Assembly: GCA_050250375.1 (NCBI GenBank)
Contig: JBFWOS010000002.1
Span: 282,980-346,979, forward strand
Length of the DNA: 64,000 bases
Reading direction: 5' to 3'
Source: Candidatus Omnitrophota bacterium
Lineage (GTDB): Bacteria > Omnitrophota > Gorgyraeia > Zapsychrales > Zapsychraceae
Positions within the stretch are counted from its first letter, which is position 1; each line of letters opens with the position of its first letter. Position numbers and translations under genes: made by a program. The notes below the pieces were generated by a model, which ran no database searches, was not told where the DNA came from, and saw only the letters and a list, made by a program, of their open reading frames with translations. Positions 18,385 through 27,216 of this stretch are shown here, piece after piece.

Positions 18385-20211
18385 ATGTTGTCTAAAATAA
18401 TATGGTTGAAGCATCATTGTCCGGGTATATGGGCTGTCATTGAGAAAATAAATAATGGATTCCTCTTTCTGTTGTGGGGTAAAAGGATCACGGCTGTCCG
18501 TGAAAAGCTGACCCAGTGGCAAGCTTTAGCGGATGGACGTATCCGTTTATTAAATAGACATGATACCGATAGTCTGGTTGAATTTCTAAAACAGGTCACC
18601 AAAGAAGAATTGACTTTTTTCAAGCCGCATGGATTTGACAAGGCGAGTATTGAAACTGTCTTGAATAGCTTAGGGTACATGCCGATTGGTTTTTTTATTG
18701 AAGATAAGTTGGCCGGTTATTTTATGATGCGCCTATTTTGTTCGAAAAAGGCCTTTATTGGCCGGTATTTGTCCGGCGATATGAGACGAAAGGGGTTGGG
18801 AGGGCGCATGGCGCAGGTCTTGTACGGTATGGGAGAAGATTTGAATTTTGAGGTCTTTTCGACGATCAGCCGGGATAATAATTCTTCGCTGCGGTCACAT
18901 GAAAACATGGGAATGATGACCATTGTTAAAGAGTTGCCCAATAATTATCTGCTGGTAAAGTTCACGAATGGGAATGGTCAGCCATCGCAATCTTTTAAGG
19001 GAGTGACCGGCAAGAAAACAGTGGATGTAGTCCTCAGTTATGGCTGGAACCGTGTCGCCTATAATATGCTTCGGGCCCTGGCCTTAAATAACCTGCGAGT
19101 AGCTGTCGGAGACAGTTCCCGCTTCGCCATGGCCAAGGCATCGCGTTATTGCGCGGGTTCATTTCGATATCGATCGTTTTACCGGAACCCTCAGGATTTC
19201 ATCAGTGACCTGGAGAGGGCATTTAGCCGGTTTAAGCCACAGGTATATTTGCCATCTCACGAAGAGACCTTTATCGTCGCGCGTTATATTGACCGGTTGC
19301 GAAAGACCGGAGTTAAGATTCCCATTGCGGATTTTAATACCATCAAAACTCTTCACCGCAAAGATCTTTTGATGCCGGAAACTCATAAATTAGGAATACC
19401 AACTCCGAAGACGTTTAAGTTAGAACATCTTGACCAACTAAAACATTTTTGGGCCGAAGCGGGGAAAGATAACTGTGTAGTGGTCAAGTTATTAAATACA
19501 AACAGTTCAAAGGGAGTATTTTATGCCCGTTCGCTAGAGGAATTGAAATCAATCTGCCAATGTGTTATCAAAGGACAGACTCGGGAGAATTATCCGATTA
19601 TTCAGGAATATGTGGAAGGGGCCGGATACGGGGTATCCATGCTTTTCAATCAGGGTGTGTTAAAGGCAAAATTCACGCATAAACGTTTAAGGGAAAAAAT
19701 TTATACGGGGGGAACAAGTACTGTGCGCATAAGTACGGAAAATATTGAATTGGAAAATTATGCTGAGCGATTGTTGAGCAGTATGAATTGGCATGGAGTC
19801 GCTATGGTGGAATTTAAGTACAATGAAACCGAAAAACGAGGGTGGCTTATAGAAGTTAATCCCCGTTACTGGGGATCATTAGCGTTGGCGATCCAGTCGG
19901 GAGTAAATTTTCCGCTCCTTGCGTATAAAATGGCGCAGAATGGGGATGTGGCTCCAGTCAAAGATTATAAGAAAGGTGTGGTTACCCGCTGGATCCTCGG
20001 TGATGTCTTGGCCGCCCTGGATTGTATTAAATATAAAAAGAAAATGTCTGATATGAAGAAATTTACGACAAAAAGGATTAAGTACGATGATTTTTATTTT
20101 GACGATCCGTTACCCTTCTTTGCCCAGGGAGGGTATTATGCCGCTAAATTCCTTAAGGGGTTTAAGATGAATCCCCTGAAAAACGCGATTTTGGATATTG
20201 ACCGGATATGA
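18385..20211 (+). CDS. bifunctional GNAT acetyltransferase / ATP-grasp ligase fusion protein
   Basis: N-terminal GNAT motif (RRKGLGGRMAQVLYG). C-terminal ATP-grasp region with IIQEYVEGAGYGVSMLF and VAMVEFKY...WLIEVNPRYWGSL. Confidence 0.65.
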   Translation: MLSKIIWLKHHCPGIWAVIEKINNGFLFLLWGKRITAVREKLTQWQALADGRIRLLNRHDTDSLVEFLKQVTKEELTFFKPHGFDKASIETVLNSLGYMPIGFFIEDKLAGYFMMRLFCSKKAFIGRYLSGDMRRKGLGGRMAQVLYGMGEDLNFEVFSTISRDNNSSLRSHENMGMMTIVKELPNNYLLVKFTNGNGQPSQSFKGVTGKKTVDVVLSYGWNRVAYNMLRALALNNLRVAVGDSSRFAMAKASRYCAGSFRYRSFYRNPQDFISDLERAFSRFKPQVYLPSHEETFIVARYIDRLRKTGVKIPIADFNTIKTLHRKDLLMPETHKLGIPTPKTFKLEHLDQLKHFWAEAGKDNCVVVKLLNTNSSKGVFYARSLEELKSICQCVIKGQTRENYPIIQEYVEGAGYGVSMLFNQGVLKAKFTHKRLREKIYTGGTSTVRISTENIELENYAERLLSSMNWHGVAMVEFKYNETEKRGWLIEVNPRYWGSLALAIQSGVNFPLLAYKMAQNGDVAPVKDYKKGVVTRWILGDVLAALDCIKYKKKMSDMKKFTTKRIKYDDFYFDDPLPFFAQGGYYAAKFLKGFKMNPLKNAILDIDRI

Positions 20212-20795
20212 AAATTGTATTATTTGATTTTGACCGGACACTGACGAATCGGGACACCTTGCGTCCGGTAGCGAAATATTTTTCCGGGGAAGACCGTAAA
20301 TATTTTTCCTTGGTGATTTTGTATTTTATCCTGGTGTTGTCCCGTTTTCGGATCATCAATGATAAGACGATGAAAGAATTTTTCTTAAGTGTTTTCATAA
20401 AAGGAAAAGAACTTTCCTGGGTAAATACAGCGGTAAGAAAATATTTCGGAAATAATCTGGAATCTTTAATTAACCGTCCGGTGTTTGAAGCCTTGGAGAA
20501 TTATCGAAAAAACAGTGCCAAGATTTATATTGTATCAGCCAATTTTGATTTTCTTTTAGAGCCACTCATTGAATTATGGGGGATTACCGGAGTTATATGC
20601 ACGCAGACGGAAAAGTTAAACGGCGTTTTTACCGGAAAAATAACAGGTGAAACATGCAAAGGGAAAGAAAAAGCGGCAAGACTAAGGACGATGTTTGCCC
20701 CGCAGGATTTCTCCGGTATGACGGCCTATGGTGATGAAGGCGACCGCGAAATGCTGGATATGGTTGGAGAGGCGAAGTTGATTAAGAATAGTTAA
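20208..20795 (+). CDS. HAD-IB superfamily hydrolase
   Basis: Motif I FDFDRTLT. C-terminal GDEGDREML. Confidence 0.65.
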   Translation: MKIVLFDFDRTLTNRDTLRPVAKYFSGEDRKYFSLVILYFILVLSRFRIINDKTMKEFFLSVFIKGKELSWVNTAVRKYFGNNLESLINRPVFEALENYRKNSAKIYIVSANFDFLLEPLIELWGITGVICTQTEKLNGVFTGKITGETCKGKEKAARLRTMFAPQDFSGMTAYGDEGDREMLDMVGEAKLIKNS

Positions 20796-20820
20796 ATATT
20801 AATATAAGTGAGGGTATTTT

Positions 20821-21480
20821 TTGAGATTTAGAAAATTCATTATTTTTTTTGCTGTTTGTGTTTTTATCGCAGGCATTTTGATTGCTTCAAAGGATTATTA
20901 TCTACCTTTGTTCGGATCATTTTTGGTTATAAAGGACGACCTAAAACCGGCGGATGCGGTCATTGTCCTGGGAGGCGAAGAGGAACGGATATATTACGCG
21001 GTGAAACTGTATAAACAGAAACTCGTGAAATATATCGTGATTACCGGTGGAGGCGTGACCGGCCGTGAAATCAGCATCGCCGGCTGGTTAAAAATTAGGG
21101 CGCTCAAATCGGGTGTCCCTGAAAAAAATATTTTACTTGAAACAAAGGCTGAGCACACGTACCAGCATCCAATTTTTGTTAAGCCGATTTTAGTGGAACA
21201 TGGGTTTACATCGGCGATCGTGGTGAGTTCTCCCTATCACATGCGCCGATCGGTGATGCTGTTTAACCGGGCATTCCGAATGAGCGGAATCAACCTGACT
21301 TACATTCCTGTTGCCGACAGCTGGTTTAAGTCTGATCGCTGGTGGAAAAGTTCGGATGGCCGGAGAATTGTATTTTCAGAATACATAAAGCTCGCGGTGG
21401 ACATGTGGGGCGTCAAGGTGAGCGATCGGGCCTGTGCCTTGTTAAAGGAGAAAAAGTGGTCCATACTTGTTACCCGTTGA
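20821..21480 (+). CDS. DUF218 (SanA/YdcF/ElyC family) protein
   Basis: ADAVIVLGGEE...IVITGG and SSPYHMRRS patterns. TTG start with an N-terminal membrane anchor. Confidence 0.55.
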   Translation: MRFRKFIIFFAVCVFIAGILIASKDYYLPLFGSFLVIKDDLKPADAVIVLGGEEERIYYAVKLYKQKLVKYIVITGGGVTGREISIAGWLKIRALKSGVPEKNILLETKAEHTYQHPIFVKPILVEHGFTSAIVVSSPYHMRRSVMLFNRAFRMSGINLTYIPVADSWFKSDRWWKSSDGRRIVFSEYIKLAVDMWGVKVSDRACALLKEKKWSILVTR

Positions 21481-21507
21481 AGAATCTTAACGGAAAGACT
21501 TAACCTT

Positions 21508-22161
21508 ATGAAAAGACTTTTTGATTTAATTTTCTCATTTTTTGGGCTGGTAGTTCTCGCTCCCTTACTGGCTGTTGTCGCGGTAATCATAAAACTGACA
21601 TCGGAAGGGCCGATCCTTTTTTCGCAAAAACGCGTCGGACTTTATGAGAAGATATTCCTGATCTATAAGTTCAGGACCATGGTGGATAAAGCCGACACGA
21701 AAGGGACTTCAGTTACGACCGGGAATGACCCGCGCATTACGCCCATCGGGCGAATATTACGAAAGACAAAACTGGATGAATTACCCCAGTTATTTAACGT
21801 TATGAGAGGGGATATGAGTTTCATCGGCCCTCGGCCGGATGTGCCGGAGATTACGGCGAAATATACACCGCAGATGAAGAAAATTTTTTCCGTTCGTCCG
21901 GGCATAACCAGTGTAGCGACTCTGCATTTCCGGCAGGAAGAAGAAATCCTGGCGAAAATTAAGGATCCGGATCGGTTTTATGATGAGAGAGTTGTGCCTT
22001 TAAAAGTGGCTTTGGCCATGGAGCATGTCGAACGCAATTCATTTTTATTTGATTTATTGATTCTTATGCAGACTGTGTGGGTCCTGCTGCCTTTGGGGAA
22101 AATTTGGCCGGTCAAGGAATTGCCGGCGGTTAAACAATTTAGAGAGGAATATTCGTTATGA
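21508..22161 (+). CDS. small bacterial sugar transferase, PglC/WecP-like initiating phosphoglycosyltransferase
   Basis: Re-entrant N-terminal helix. Bac_transf motifs KFRTM and DELPQLFNVMRGDMSFIGPRP. Confidence 0.85.
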   Translation: MKRLFDLIFSFFGLVVLAPLLAVVAVIIKLTSEGPILFSQKRVGLYEKIFLIYKFRTMVDKADTKGTSVTTGNDPRITPIGRILRKTKLDELPQLFNVMRGDMSFIGPRPDVPEITAKYTPQMKKIFSVRPGITSVATLHFRQEEEILAKIKDPDRFYDERVVPLKVALAMEHVERNSFLFDLLILMQTVWVLLPLGKIWPVKELPAVKQFREEYSL

Positions 22162-23339
22162 AGAAGCCGACGTTCGCGCCTTGGCCGTCGTTTGACGCCG
22201 AGATTATTGACGCAGTTAAAAGCGTATTAGTATCCGGGAAAGTAAGCCAATGGACCGGAACAAATGTTTACGCGTTTGAAAAAGAATACGCGCAATATTT
22301 GGGAGTGAAACATGCGATTGCGATGGCCAATGGTACGGTTACGCTGGATGCCGCCTTAAAAGTTTTAGGCATTGGTCCGGGTGACGAGGTAGTTGTATCG
22401 AGCCGTTCCTTTGTTGCGTCGGCCAGTTGTGTCGCATATGCCGGGGCTCTGCCGGTCTTTGCTGATATTGACGGCTCTAGTGGAAATATGACGAAGGAAA
22501 CGATCGAGGCCGTTCTCACAAAGAAAACAAAGGCGGTCATCGTTGTTCATTTAGCCGGATGGCCTTGTGATATGGATCCGATCGTGCAATTGTGTCAGTC
22601 TCGAAAATTATGTCTGATCGAAGATTGTGCACAGGCGCATGGAGCCCTATATAAGGGAAGGCCGGTCGGGACATTCGGAGATTTTGCCTCTTTTTCTTTT
22701 TGCCAGGATAAGATATTTACGACCGGCGGGGAGGGAGGGCTTTTGGTTACCAATGATCCGAGACGATGGAAAAAGGCCTGGAGTTTAAAGGATCATGGGC
22801 GCGACTATGATGTGGTCTTTAACCAGACGAGCGGAACGAGCTTCAAGTGGATGGTCAACAGCTTCGGGACAAATAACCGTATGACTGAGATCCAGGCGGC
22901 GATCGGGAGGATTATGTTGAAGCGGCTGGATGAAATGGTGGGTAAACGCCGCCAGCATGCAGTTTTTTTTGATGCTGCTTTTAAAAAAATGGAGGGGCTT
23001 GTGGTCCCGGTTGTGCCGTCTGAAATAAAACATTCTTATTACAAATATTATGTCTATGTTGATCCGAAAAAATTAAAAGCCGGTGAATCCAGAGATACGA
23101 TCCTGCAAGAATTATCTGCCTTGGGTGTTCCCTGCGGGAGCGGGGCATGTCCGGAAATTTATCGGGAAAAGGCGTTCCGCGACCAGCGTAAAAAAATGAG
23201 TTTGTCGGCGCAGAAACATCTTTCGGTGAGTAAGAAATTGGGAGAGACGTCGATTATGTTGCAGGTGCATCCGACATTATCATCAGATAGTATCCATTAT
23301 GTGATTGATTCCATGAAAAGTGTATTTAAGAAGGATTAG
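22158..23339 (+). CDS. DegT/DnrJ/EryC1/StrS family PLP-dependent sugar aminotransferase
   Basis: Fold-type I aminotransferase pattern. Probable PLP-binding Lys in SFCQDK. Confidence 0.8.
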   Translation: MKKPTFAPWPSFDAEIIDAVKSVLVSGKVSQWTGTNVYAFEKEYAQYLGVKHAIAMANGTVTLDAALKVLGIGPGDEVVVSSRSFVASASCVAYAGALPVFADIDGSSGNMTKETIEAVLTKKTKAVIVVHLAGWPCDMDPIVQLCQSRKLCLIEDCAQAHGALYKGRPVGTFGDFASFSFCQDKIFTTGGEGGLLVTNDPRRWKKAWSLKDHGRDYDVVFNQTSGTSFKWMVNSFGTNNRMTEIQAAIGRIMLKRLDEMVGKRRQHAVFFDAAFKKMEGLVVPVVPSEIKHSYYKYYVYVDPKKLKAGESRDTILQELSALGVPCGSGACPEIYREKAFRDQRKKMSLSAQKHLSVSKKLGETSIMLQVHPTLSSDSIHYVIDSMKSVFKKD

Positions 23340-23341
23340 CT

Positions 23342-25195
23342 ATGAGACCACTACGACAATTAAAATTTTTACTGAAATACCGGCGGTTAGTGACTATCTT
23401 CGTCCACGCGATCTTGTTTATAATGGCCTACGTTTTTGCGTATTTGTTAAGGTTTGAATTCGATATTCCGGAATACCAAATGGTCAATTTTTACGAGGCG
23501 TTACCGATGGTGATAGCGATTCAATTGATGATTTTTGGATTTTTGGGATTGTTTCATGAACTCTGGCATTATATATCCATCGAAGATGTGGTACAACTCA
23601 TTAAAGCGAACGTGACCGCGTCAATTCTCTTTTTAGCGCTGACCAAACTGCTGGGCTGGAATTCCTTCCCGCGCTCCATTATTATTCTGGATTTTATCCT
23701 TGCTTTGGGGTTTTCCTCAGGTTTACGGCTGTCATTAAAGATGTTTAAAGATTATTTGCAGAGAAATAAATACTCTTCCGTCCGTGCCCACCGTATTCTT
23801 ATCGTTGGGGCAGGCGAAGCCGGGGTCATGCTGCTCAAAGAGATCACTCGCAATAACCCGGGTATGGGGGGCGAGGTCGTCGGGTTTATCGATGACGATC
23901 CGTTGAAGCAAAAATCAAACATCCAGGGAGTAAGAATTATGGGGACCCGCTGTGAAATTCCCCAGGTCGTCACCAAACACAAAGTCGATGAGATCATCCT
24001 GGCCATTCCATCGGCGGATGGTGGGACCGTACGAGGAATTCTCGCTCATTGTGAAAAGACTAAAACCAAGATCCAGGTTATTCCGGGGATCAAACAGATT
24101 TTGAGCGGGGAGAAGCAATTGAAGCCCCGTGATGTCCATCCGGATGACCTTCTCGGTCGAGAAACCGTCACAATCAATACCGAAGAAGTACGCCAATATA
24201 TTAAGAACCGTGTGGTCTTAGTCACGGGGGCTGGCGGTTCGATTGGGTCTGAGATCTGCCGGCAGGTCGCGTCTTTTGTCCCAAAAGAATTAATCCTTCT
24301 TGATCACTATGAAAACTCATTGTATTTTCTTTTGCTGGAACTCAAAAATACATATCCACATCTTTTAACAACCCCGATCATCGGTGATGTCAGGGATGTT
24401 GGACTTTTGAAACAGGTTTTTAGCCGGGCCAGACCGCAGGTGGTTTTTCACGCCGCCGCGCATAAACATGTGCCCCTTATGGAAATTAATCCGGCTGCTG
24501 CGGTAAAAAATAATATCTTCGGCACACGGAACATGATTTATGCCAGCAATCACTACGGGGTGGAACGTTTTGTATTCATATCAACGGATAAAGCGGTTAA
24601 TCCGATCAATACCATGGGAATGTCGAAGCGCGTCGCGGAGATGATCCTCCAAGCCCGGGCGCAAAAAAGTAAGACCAAATTTATGGCGGTACGGTTCGGT
24701 AATGTCCTGGGTTCTGCAGGTTCGGTGGTGCCACTCTTTAAGCAGCAGATCGAGAAAGGCGGTCCGGTTACGTTGACTGACCCTGCAGTAAAACGCTATT
24801 TTATGAGCATTAAAGAGGCCTGTATGCTCGTCCTGCAGGCAGGGGCATTGGGAAAAGGCGGGGAAATTTTTATCCTCGATATGGGTGAGCAGATCAAAGT
24901 CTTGGACCTTGCGCATAACCTGATTACATTATCAGGTCTGGTCCCGGAAAAAGATATTGAGATTCAATATGTCGGCCTTCGCCCCGGTGAAAAACTTGAA
25001 GAGGAGCTACTGTTGGACAAAGAAAAAGACGCGATGACGCAACATAACAAAATCTTTGTTAACTATTGCGGAGTGACATTTAACCGCCAGGTCCTTGGGC
25101 GCAATCTTCGCCGGTTGCATCGTAAGACTCAGGAAATTAATGAAGAAGAAATTAACCGGTTGTTGATGGAAATTATAGCAGCTGGGAATATATGA
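23342..25195 (+). CDS. membrane-anchored UDP-GlcNAc 4,6-dehydratase (PglF/CapD/WbpM family)
   Basis: Four N-terminal TM helices. Two Rossmann segments (VGAGEAG; VLVTGAGGSIGSE). 617 aa. Confidence 0.8.
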   Translation: MRPLRQLKFLLKYRRLVTIFVHAILFIMAYVFAYLLRFEFDIPEYQMVNFYEALPMVIAIQLMIFGFLGLFHELWHYISIEDVVQLIKANVTASILFLALTKLLGWNSFPRSIIILDFILALGFSSGLRLSLKMFKDYLQRNKYSSVRAHRILIVGAGEAGVMLLKEITRNNPGMGGEVVGFIDDDPLKQKSNIQGVRIMGTRCEIPQVVTKHKVDEIILAIPSADGGTVRGILAHCEKTKTKIQVIPGIKQILSGEKQLKPRDVHPDDLLGRETVTINTEEVRQYIKNRVVLVTGAGGSIGSEICRQVASFVPKELILLDHYENSLYFLLLELKNTYPHLLTTPIIGDVRDVGLLKQVFSRARPQVVFHAAAHKHVPLMEINPAAAVKNNIFGTRNMIYASNHYGVERFVFISTDKAVNPINTMGMSKRVAEMILQARAQKSKTKFMAVRFGNVLGSAGSVVPLFKQQIEKGGPVTLTDPAVKRYFMSIKEACMLVLQAGALGKGGEIFILDMGEQIKVLDLAHNLITLSGLVPEKDIEIQYVGLRPGEKLEEELLLDKEKDAMTQHNKIFVNYCGVTFNRQVLGRNLRRLHRKTQEINEEEINRLLMEIIAAGNI

Positions 25196-25225
25196 AATTG
25201 AGAACCCGGGAAAGGACCAGTTAAA

Positions 25226-26221
25226 ATGAGAGTAGCCGTTTTTAACACCAAGTCGTACGACAAGCAGTTTCTGGAAGAGGCCAACGCCGGCCGGCATGAA
25301 TTTGTTTTTTTTGAAGCCCACATAAACCGGACCACCTGCCCGCTGGCTTACGGGTTTGAAGCCGTCTGCGTGTTCGTCAATGATATCATTGACCGGGAGG
25401 TCCTGGAGCTGCTGGCCGCCAACGGGACCACGCTGATCGCCCTGCGCTGCTCCGGCTATAATAATGTCGACCTTCCGGCGGCCGCCCGGCTGGGGATCAA
25501 GGTCGCCCGGGTGCCCGCGTATTCCCCGCACGGCGTCGCGGAACACGCGGTGGCCATGATGATGTCGCTGAACCGCAAGATTTACCGGGCGTATAACCGC
25601 ATCCGCGAGGGGAATTTTTCGCTGGACGGTCTGCTTGGGTTCGAGATGAACGGCAAGACCGTCGGGATCATCGGGACCGGAAAGATCGGTTACCTCACCG
25701 CGGCGCTCTTAAAAGGTTTCGGCATGAACCTGCTGGGGTACGACGTCCGCAAAAATCCGGAAGCGGAAGCCATCGGGATGACATACGTGAGTCTGGATGA
25801 ACTCTACCGGCAAAGTGATATCATCAGCCTGCATATCCCTCTGCTGAAAGACACTTATCACATCATCAACGAGCGGTCGGTCGCCCTGATGAAAGACAGG
25901 GTGATGCTGATCAATACCAGCCGGGGCGGGCTGATTGATACCCAGAGCGTGATCGACGGATTGAAGTCCGGGAAGATCGGATATCTGGGCCTGGATGTTT
26001 ACGAAGAGGAAGGGGACCTGTTTTTTGAAGACCTTTCCGGCCATGTGATCCAGGACGACGTCTTCGCGCGGTTATTGATTTTTCCCAACGTGGTGATCAC
26101 CGGGCACCAGGCCTTTTTCACCGCCACTGCCCTGAAAAATATCGCTGAAACGACCATTAGCAACATCACCGCCCACGCGGAAAACCGGATCGATCCGGCC
26201 AATCTGGTCGTTTTGAAATAA
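25226..26221 (+). CDS. D-isomer-specific 2-hydroxyacid dehydrogenase (D-lactate dehydrogenase-like)
   Basis: NAD-binding GIIGTGKIGY. Conserved catalytic region. Confidence 0.75.
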   Translation: MRVAVFNTKSYDKQFLEEANAGRHEFVFFEAHINRTTCPLAYGFEAVCVFVNDIIDREVLELLAANGTTLIALRCSGYNNVDLPAAARLGIKVARVPAYSPHGVAEHAVAMMMSLNRKIYRAYNRIREGNFSLDGLLGFEMNGKTVGIIGTGKIGYLTAALLKGFGMNLLGYDVRKNPEAEAIGMTYVSLDELYRQSDIISLHIPLLKDTYHIINERSVALMKDRVMLINTSRGGLIDTQSVIDGLKSGKIGYLGLDVYEEEGDLFFEDLSGHVIQDDVFARLLIFPNVVITGHQAFFTATALKNIAETTISNITAHAENRIDPANLVVLK

Positions 26222-26315
26222 TTTATCCCAGTTATCTGAATTTTTTTAACGGTTGGTCCAAATTCTTTAACACCAAAAACTTCGTGCTTTACACCGTGGT
26301 AAAAGTCTGGTATAA

Positions 26316-26606
26316 ATGATTCTCATTAAATCCCCCTTATTTTCTAAAAGGGGCGGTTTTGTGTATTATTTGTATATATTAAAAAGCGAGAATTATCCGA
26401 AAACATACGTTGGGAGTACGGAGAATTTAAGCAGAAGGTTCGCAGAGCATAACAGACGGAAAGTAAAGTCCTCCAAAGCTTTTGCTCCGTATGGATTGAT
26501 ATATTCCGAAGAATTTTGTTCATTGAAACAAGCAAGACAAAGAGAAAAATATTTTAAGTCGACCTCAGGCAGAAGAGAGATAAAAAAGAAATTCTTTTCC
26601 TGTTAA
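26316..26606 (+). CDS. GIY-YIG nuclease family protein (YhbQ/UPF0213-like)
   Basis: VYYLYILKS...YVGSTENLSRRFAEHN matches the GIY-YIG core. About 95 aa. Confidence 0.65.
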   Translation: MILIKSPLFSKRGGFVYYLYILKSENYPKTYVGSTENLSRRFAEHNRRKVKSSKAFAPYGLIYSEEFCSLKQARQREKYFKSTSGRREIKKKFFSC

Positions 26607-26629
26607 AATATTTTTTGGAAAGTTATTTG

Positions 26630-27085
26630 TGCAATAGGAGAGTCCTCCAAATTTGGAGAGACTTCTCCAAAGTTTTTTCTGGAGAAAGTTAAAGGAGAGT
26701 CCACCTCACCGGTCATATTGAAGATATTTGACCGGTGGGTGAGACTTTCACGCTAAGAATTCGATTATCGAAGATTAATGAGGAGAGTCCGCCTCGCCAA
26801 AATCAAAGATTTTGGCGGGCGAGACTTCTCCAAAATTTTTTCTTCGAAAAAATTTTGGAGAGGTGGCAGAGTGGTCGATTGCAGCTGCCTGCTAAGCAGT
26901 TGTCCTGGAAACGGGACCCAGGGTTCGAACCCCTGCCTCTCCGCCATTTTCTGACAATACTCGGGTCCTCCAAATTTGTTTACAAATTTGGAGAGATCTC
27001 ACAAAATTCATAGAATTTTGTGGACGAGACCTCGCCCTCCAAAATTGTGAAACAATTTTGGAGAGACGGGTCCGCCATTTTACTT
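26630..27085. repeat. array of at least 7 short quasi-palindromic hairpin units that surrounds the tRNA-Ser gene
   Basis: Units are bracketed by GGAGAGTCC...GAGAC boxes. Cores include the perfect 14-bp palindrome CTCCAAATTTGGAG, a 15-bp-stem hairpin ctccaaaattttttc/ttc/gaaaaaattttggag, a 12-bp-stem ctccaaatttgt/tt/acaaatttggag and ctccaaaattgt/gaa/acaattttggag. Confidence 0.6.
26857..26946 (+). tRNA. tRNA-Ser(GCT), type II with long variable arm; CCA encoded
   Basis: Acceptor GGAGAGG/CCTCTCC. Anticodon loop CTGCTAA. 17-nt variable arm. T-arm CAGGG/TTCGAAC/CCCTG. Discriminator G followed by CCA. Confidence 0.8.
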
Positions 27086-27216
27086 CCTCAAAGCCCGCGT
27101 TGAATGCCTGATCCCGGATCTCAAATCCACGTACGATCCAATGTGAATTATCTATTTACATAATCCCCATCGCCGATTAATATAGAAAAGAATTTAATCG
27201 CCTCAACAAATCCACT

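Noticed and set aside
26735-27013. ORF-track CDSs 26735..27013 (+) and 26765..26947 (-) overlapping the tRNA-Ser region
   Set aside because: They overlap a well-formed tRNA and the hairpin repeats. Their 'protein' sequences are low-complexity translations of palindromes (LQNFFFEKILE... on both strands). They are spurious.
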